Of a DNA stretch of 36,018 nt, positions 33,781 through 36,018 are shown piece by piece. The notes beneath the pieces were generated by a model that saw only the letters and a program-made list of their open reading frames with translations, had not been told where the DNA came from and made no database searches. Source of the stretch: a virus (lineage: Duplodnaviria > Caudoviricetes); the IMG/VR virus record IMGVR_UViG_3300020042_006171, positions 1 through 36,018 of that record; one strand, 5' to 3'. The translations under genes and the position numbers were made by a program. Positions within the stretch are counted from its first letter, which is position 1. Every line of letters starts with the position of its first letter.

Positions 33781-34719
33781 ATGATTACTACTTCATGCAC
33801 TTGTACAGCTCCAAAGTTTCCTAATTTAGGACGCCCAGCTTGTACAATAAGAAAGAAAAAAGTCGCTTTTCCTGTAATGTTTCCACGTTACGACGAGGCA
33901 GGAGTGCGCAACACAATTGACGCAACCAGCGCAACGCTAGGAGCGGATATCTTGGCTCTAGTAGCTGCGGGGACTACGGCTTTAGGTCGTTTATATCCTT
34001 TCCCTACAATGGAGGAGATTAAATTCGACCGCACAGCTACAGCGTATAAAACTATGGCGAGCGGTAAAAAGTTTAAGCTAGACGGAGAGGGAGGTATTAG
34101 AACTTTCTCGGGTATCTTAGCAGGAGACGACGGAATCGAGCCTATCGCTAGACAGCTTCAAACTGTAGGGTGTTCGGATTTCGATATCTTAGAGGTTACT
34201 GTGGACGGTAATATCTGGGGAGTTATGGACGATGTAACTAACGGCCTAGTGAGAGGTTACGCAGTAGAAAAGGAAACTTTCGACGCGTTTATCGTACGTG
34301 CAATTGACGGCGATATCAATAACGTTTCTATTTCTTGGGATTTAGAGAACGATAGCGATACGATTAACTCGTACGCGATCACTGCGGAGGAGTTAGGATA
34401 TAGCGCTACGACGTTACGCCCTTTGATTAATGCGGTATGTACTGCGACAGAGGCGACTAGTACGACGTTAATCGCTAGCGTAGCGACTGACTTCGGACCA
34501 GCTTCGGCGCAGCCTTTACTTTTGGGCTTAGTTACGGCTAACTTTGTAGTGAAAGTCGGAGCGGCTACAGTGGCAGCGACAGCGGTAGAAACTACAGCGG
34601 GAGTCTATACCCTTACTTTTGTAGCTACAGATATTGATCCTTTGGACGTGGTAGACGTTAACGTGGTAAACGTTACAGGCTACGCGGTTACTTCTGGGCA
34701 ATTTATAGCAGCGTTATAA
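33781..34719 (+). CDS. Major tail (tube) protein with C-terminal Ig-like extension
   Basis: 312 aa, strong A/T-rich leader, Thr/Ala/Val-rich C-terminus (ETTAGVYTLTF); position in the tail module. Confidence 0.75.
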   Translation: MITTSCTCTAPKFPNLGRPACTIRKKKVAFPVMFPRYDEAGVRNTIDATSATLGADILALVAAGTTALGRLYPFPTMEEIKFDRTATAYKTMASGKKFKLDGEGGIRTFSGILAGDDGIEPIARQLQTVGCSDFDILEVTVDGNIWGVMDDVTNGLVRGYAVEKETFDAFIVRAIDGDINNVSISWDLENDSDTINSYAITAEELGYSATTLRPLINAVCTATEATSTTLIASVATDFGPASAQPLLLGLVTANFVVKVGAATVAATAVETTAGVYTLTFVATDIDPLDVVDVNVVNVTGYAVTSGQFIAAL

Positions 34720-34916
34720 TGGACGCCCCGAATGTAATAGAGCTAGGAAAGTCTCGCTTTAGCGGGGCCTACTTACGCTCAGTATCGGAAGCTATGGCGA
34801 TTAAATCGCTACATTTGTACGCTAAAAACCAAGTTATAAACGCATGGAAACAAGCGAACGGGTTAACGAAGCCGAACAGATTAGCAAAAAAAGAAACTCC
34901 AGAAACGGAGGACTAA
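34719..34916 (+). CDS. Hypothetical protein coupled to the major tail gene
   Basis: 65 aa, TAATG overlap, followed by a terminator. Confidence 0.6.
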   Translation: MDAPNVIELGKSRFSGAYLRSVSEAMAIKSLHLYAKNQVINAWKQANGLTKPNRLAKKETPETED

Positions 34917-34947
34917 AGAAAAAATAACTATCTTAGTCGAATATTGG

Positions 34948-34980
34948 AAAGGGGACCGCTGCGAGGCTTCCCCTTTTTTT
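34948..34980 (+). terminator. Intrinsic terminator after the major tail unit
   Basis: AAAGGGGA...TCCCC followed by T7. Confidence 0.72.
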
Positions 34981-34988
34981 GGTTTTAT

Positions 34989-35435
34989 ATGAGGTTCGAA
35001 GCGCTGCATAATTTACTGGATAGGGTCCAAAGAATAGACGAGAGTACGGCGTGGCGCTTTGCTATGGACGAGGACGCCCAGCGGTTTATCGTTTCAATGA
35101 ACACGCACGAGCAACTCGGGGAGGACGGAATCGACGCCAACAGTTTAAGCCTCGGAGAGTACGCTCCTTTCACTATCGATTTTAGGACCTCTAAAGGTTT
35201 ACAAGTTTCGCATATCGATTTTCACGTTACGGGCGACTACTGGAGGAGCTGGAAAGTCGAAGTACTAGACAATGAAATAATAATACACGTAGACGAGGAG
35301 CGCTTTAACGAGCTAGTACACGACTTAAACTTTAGCCCCGACCATGTGGGCCTAACAGATATTAACACGGACAGGCTCGCCGAGCTTATTAAAAATAAAT
35401 ATTTAGAGTATGCTAAAAGCGCTATATTTTTGTAG
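34989..35435 (+). CDS. Virion morphogenesis / tail-completion (neck) protein
   Basis: YAPFTI...KG...TGDYWRS motif. Start moved to ATG 34989 because the track start runs through the terminator. Confidence 0.6.
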   Translation: MRFEALHNLLDRVQRIDESTAWRFAMDEDAQRFIVSMNTHEQLGEDGIDANSLSLGEYAPFTIDFRTSKGLQVSHIDFHVTGDYWRSWKVEVLDNEIIIHVDEERFNELVHDLNFSPDHVGLTDINTDRLAELIKNKYLEYAKSAIFL

Positions 35436-35871
35436 TATCGACTCTATCCCGCTTTTCAGCTATAAAAACGCTTTAAAGGGGGAGCTGGAATATTGTCGAA
35501 AAGACTATACACAGGGAGACCCTGAGAGCGACGCCAAAGCGTGGGCCTTAGTCTACGACGATTATCTTAAAACGTTCGGCCTAGGGGACAAATACGAGCG
35601 TTTCGCGGCTCTCCAGATAGAACTAACTAAGCTAAATCTGGAGTATGCAGAAACGGGGACGAGGTTTTTACTGAACAAAATAAACGTTTTAGGGGTGGAA
35701 TTGGATAAAATGTTAAGCGGATCCTCTGCGGATATCGACGACTTAATCGTCTACGTTATACGCACAGGCTACCCTGTAGACGAGAAAGCAATTAATACGA
35801 AAGTTTTTTATAAATTGGTAGAGCTATGCACTACCGAAAACAGAGCAAAGAATGGCGGGCAAACCAATTAA
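35410..35871 (+). CDS. Putative tail assembly chaperone
   Basis: 153 aa, helical, directly upstream of and overlapping the tape measure gene. Confidence 0.5.
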   Translation: MLKALYFCSIDSIPLFSYKNALKGELEYCRKDYTQGDPESDAKAWALVYDDYLKTFGLGDKYERFAALQIELTKLNLEYAETGTRFLLNKINVLGVELDKMLSGSSADIDDLIVYVIRTGYPVDEKAINTKVFYKLVELCTTENRAKNGGQTN

Positions 35872-36018
35872 AAAAAATGAAGTTATTGAAGATAATATCT
35901 TTAGTAACTTAAAACTCTCAGCCGAACAAGCTCAGGGGGCTATCGTAGCGCTGGAGAGTTCTCTCGAGGCGGTCTCGTCTTTGGCTAAAACAATGAAAGG
36001 CAACGTTCCAAAAGGGGC
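35852..36018 (+). CDS. Tape measure protein, N-terminal part (continues at window start)
   Basis: MAGKPIKKNEVIEDNIFSNLKLSAEQAQGAIVALESSLEAVSSLAKTMKGNVPKG, in frame with 84..2699. Confidence 0.85.
   Translation, partial: MAGKPIKKNEVIEDNIFSNLKLSAEQAQGAIVALESSLEAVSSLAKTMKGNVPKG
35898..36018. repeat. Terminal direct repeat, right copy (circular assembly overlap)
   Basis: Identical to bases 1-121. Confidence 0.97.

Noticed and set aside
34884-34927. A-AAA-AAA slippery site as a tail-chaperone -1 frameshift
   Set aside because: The -1 frame stops at TAA only a few codons past the normal stop and before a terminator, so no G/GT-type fusion results.
1-36018. Stop-codon reassignment, prompted by rare TGA
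   Set aside because: All hallmark genes are full length in the standard code, TGA is used as a stop in several ATGA overlaps, and no suppressor tRNA was seen.

Overview
The window is a complete, circularly assembled dsDNA tailed-phage genome of 35,897 bp. Bases 35898-36018 repeat bases 1-121 exactly, and the tape-measure gene runs across that junction. It looks like a siphovirus: major tail protein, about 914-aa tape measure, no sheath. The host is most likely Bacteroidota, from repeated TAnnTTTG -7 promoter boxes (two with TTG-N19 spacing) and A-rich leaders without Shine-Dalgarno sites. Modules in order: tail tip and glycan-binding fibres (+, to 11.9 kb); lysis (small membrane proteins plus CHAP endolysin); a short early operon (+, 13.1-14.4 kb); a replication operon (-, 25.5-14.5 kb: DUF2800 nuclease, DEDDh exonuclease, DUF2815 SSB, family A polymerase with Leu762, VapE primase-helicase, N6/N4 methyltransferase, VRR-NUC, SNF2 helicase); an iteron-rich non-coding region (25.6-26.0 kb); P22 gp3-like TerS and PBSX-type TerL; then HK97-type head, neck and tail genes. 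I saw no integrase, tRNA, CRISPR array or reverse transcriptase. The best leads are: a portal gene inverted against its neighbours and overlapping terL tail-to-tail; a 24-bp TTGAA-N14-TTCAA palindrome at three replication promoters; twin inverted early promoters; a candidate small antisense RNA matching early-gene leaders; apparent TGA/TCA depletion (hand counts only); and five microproteins missed by the ORF track. All protein calls come from motif recognition by eye; no searches were run.
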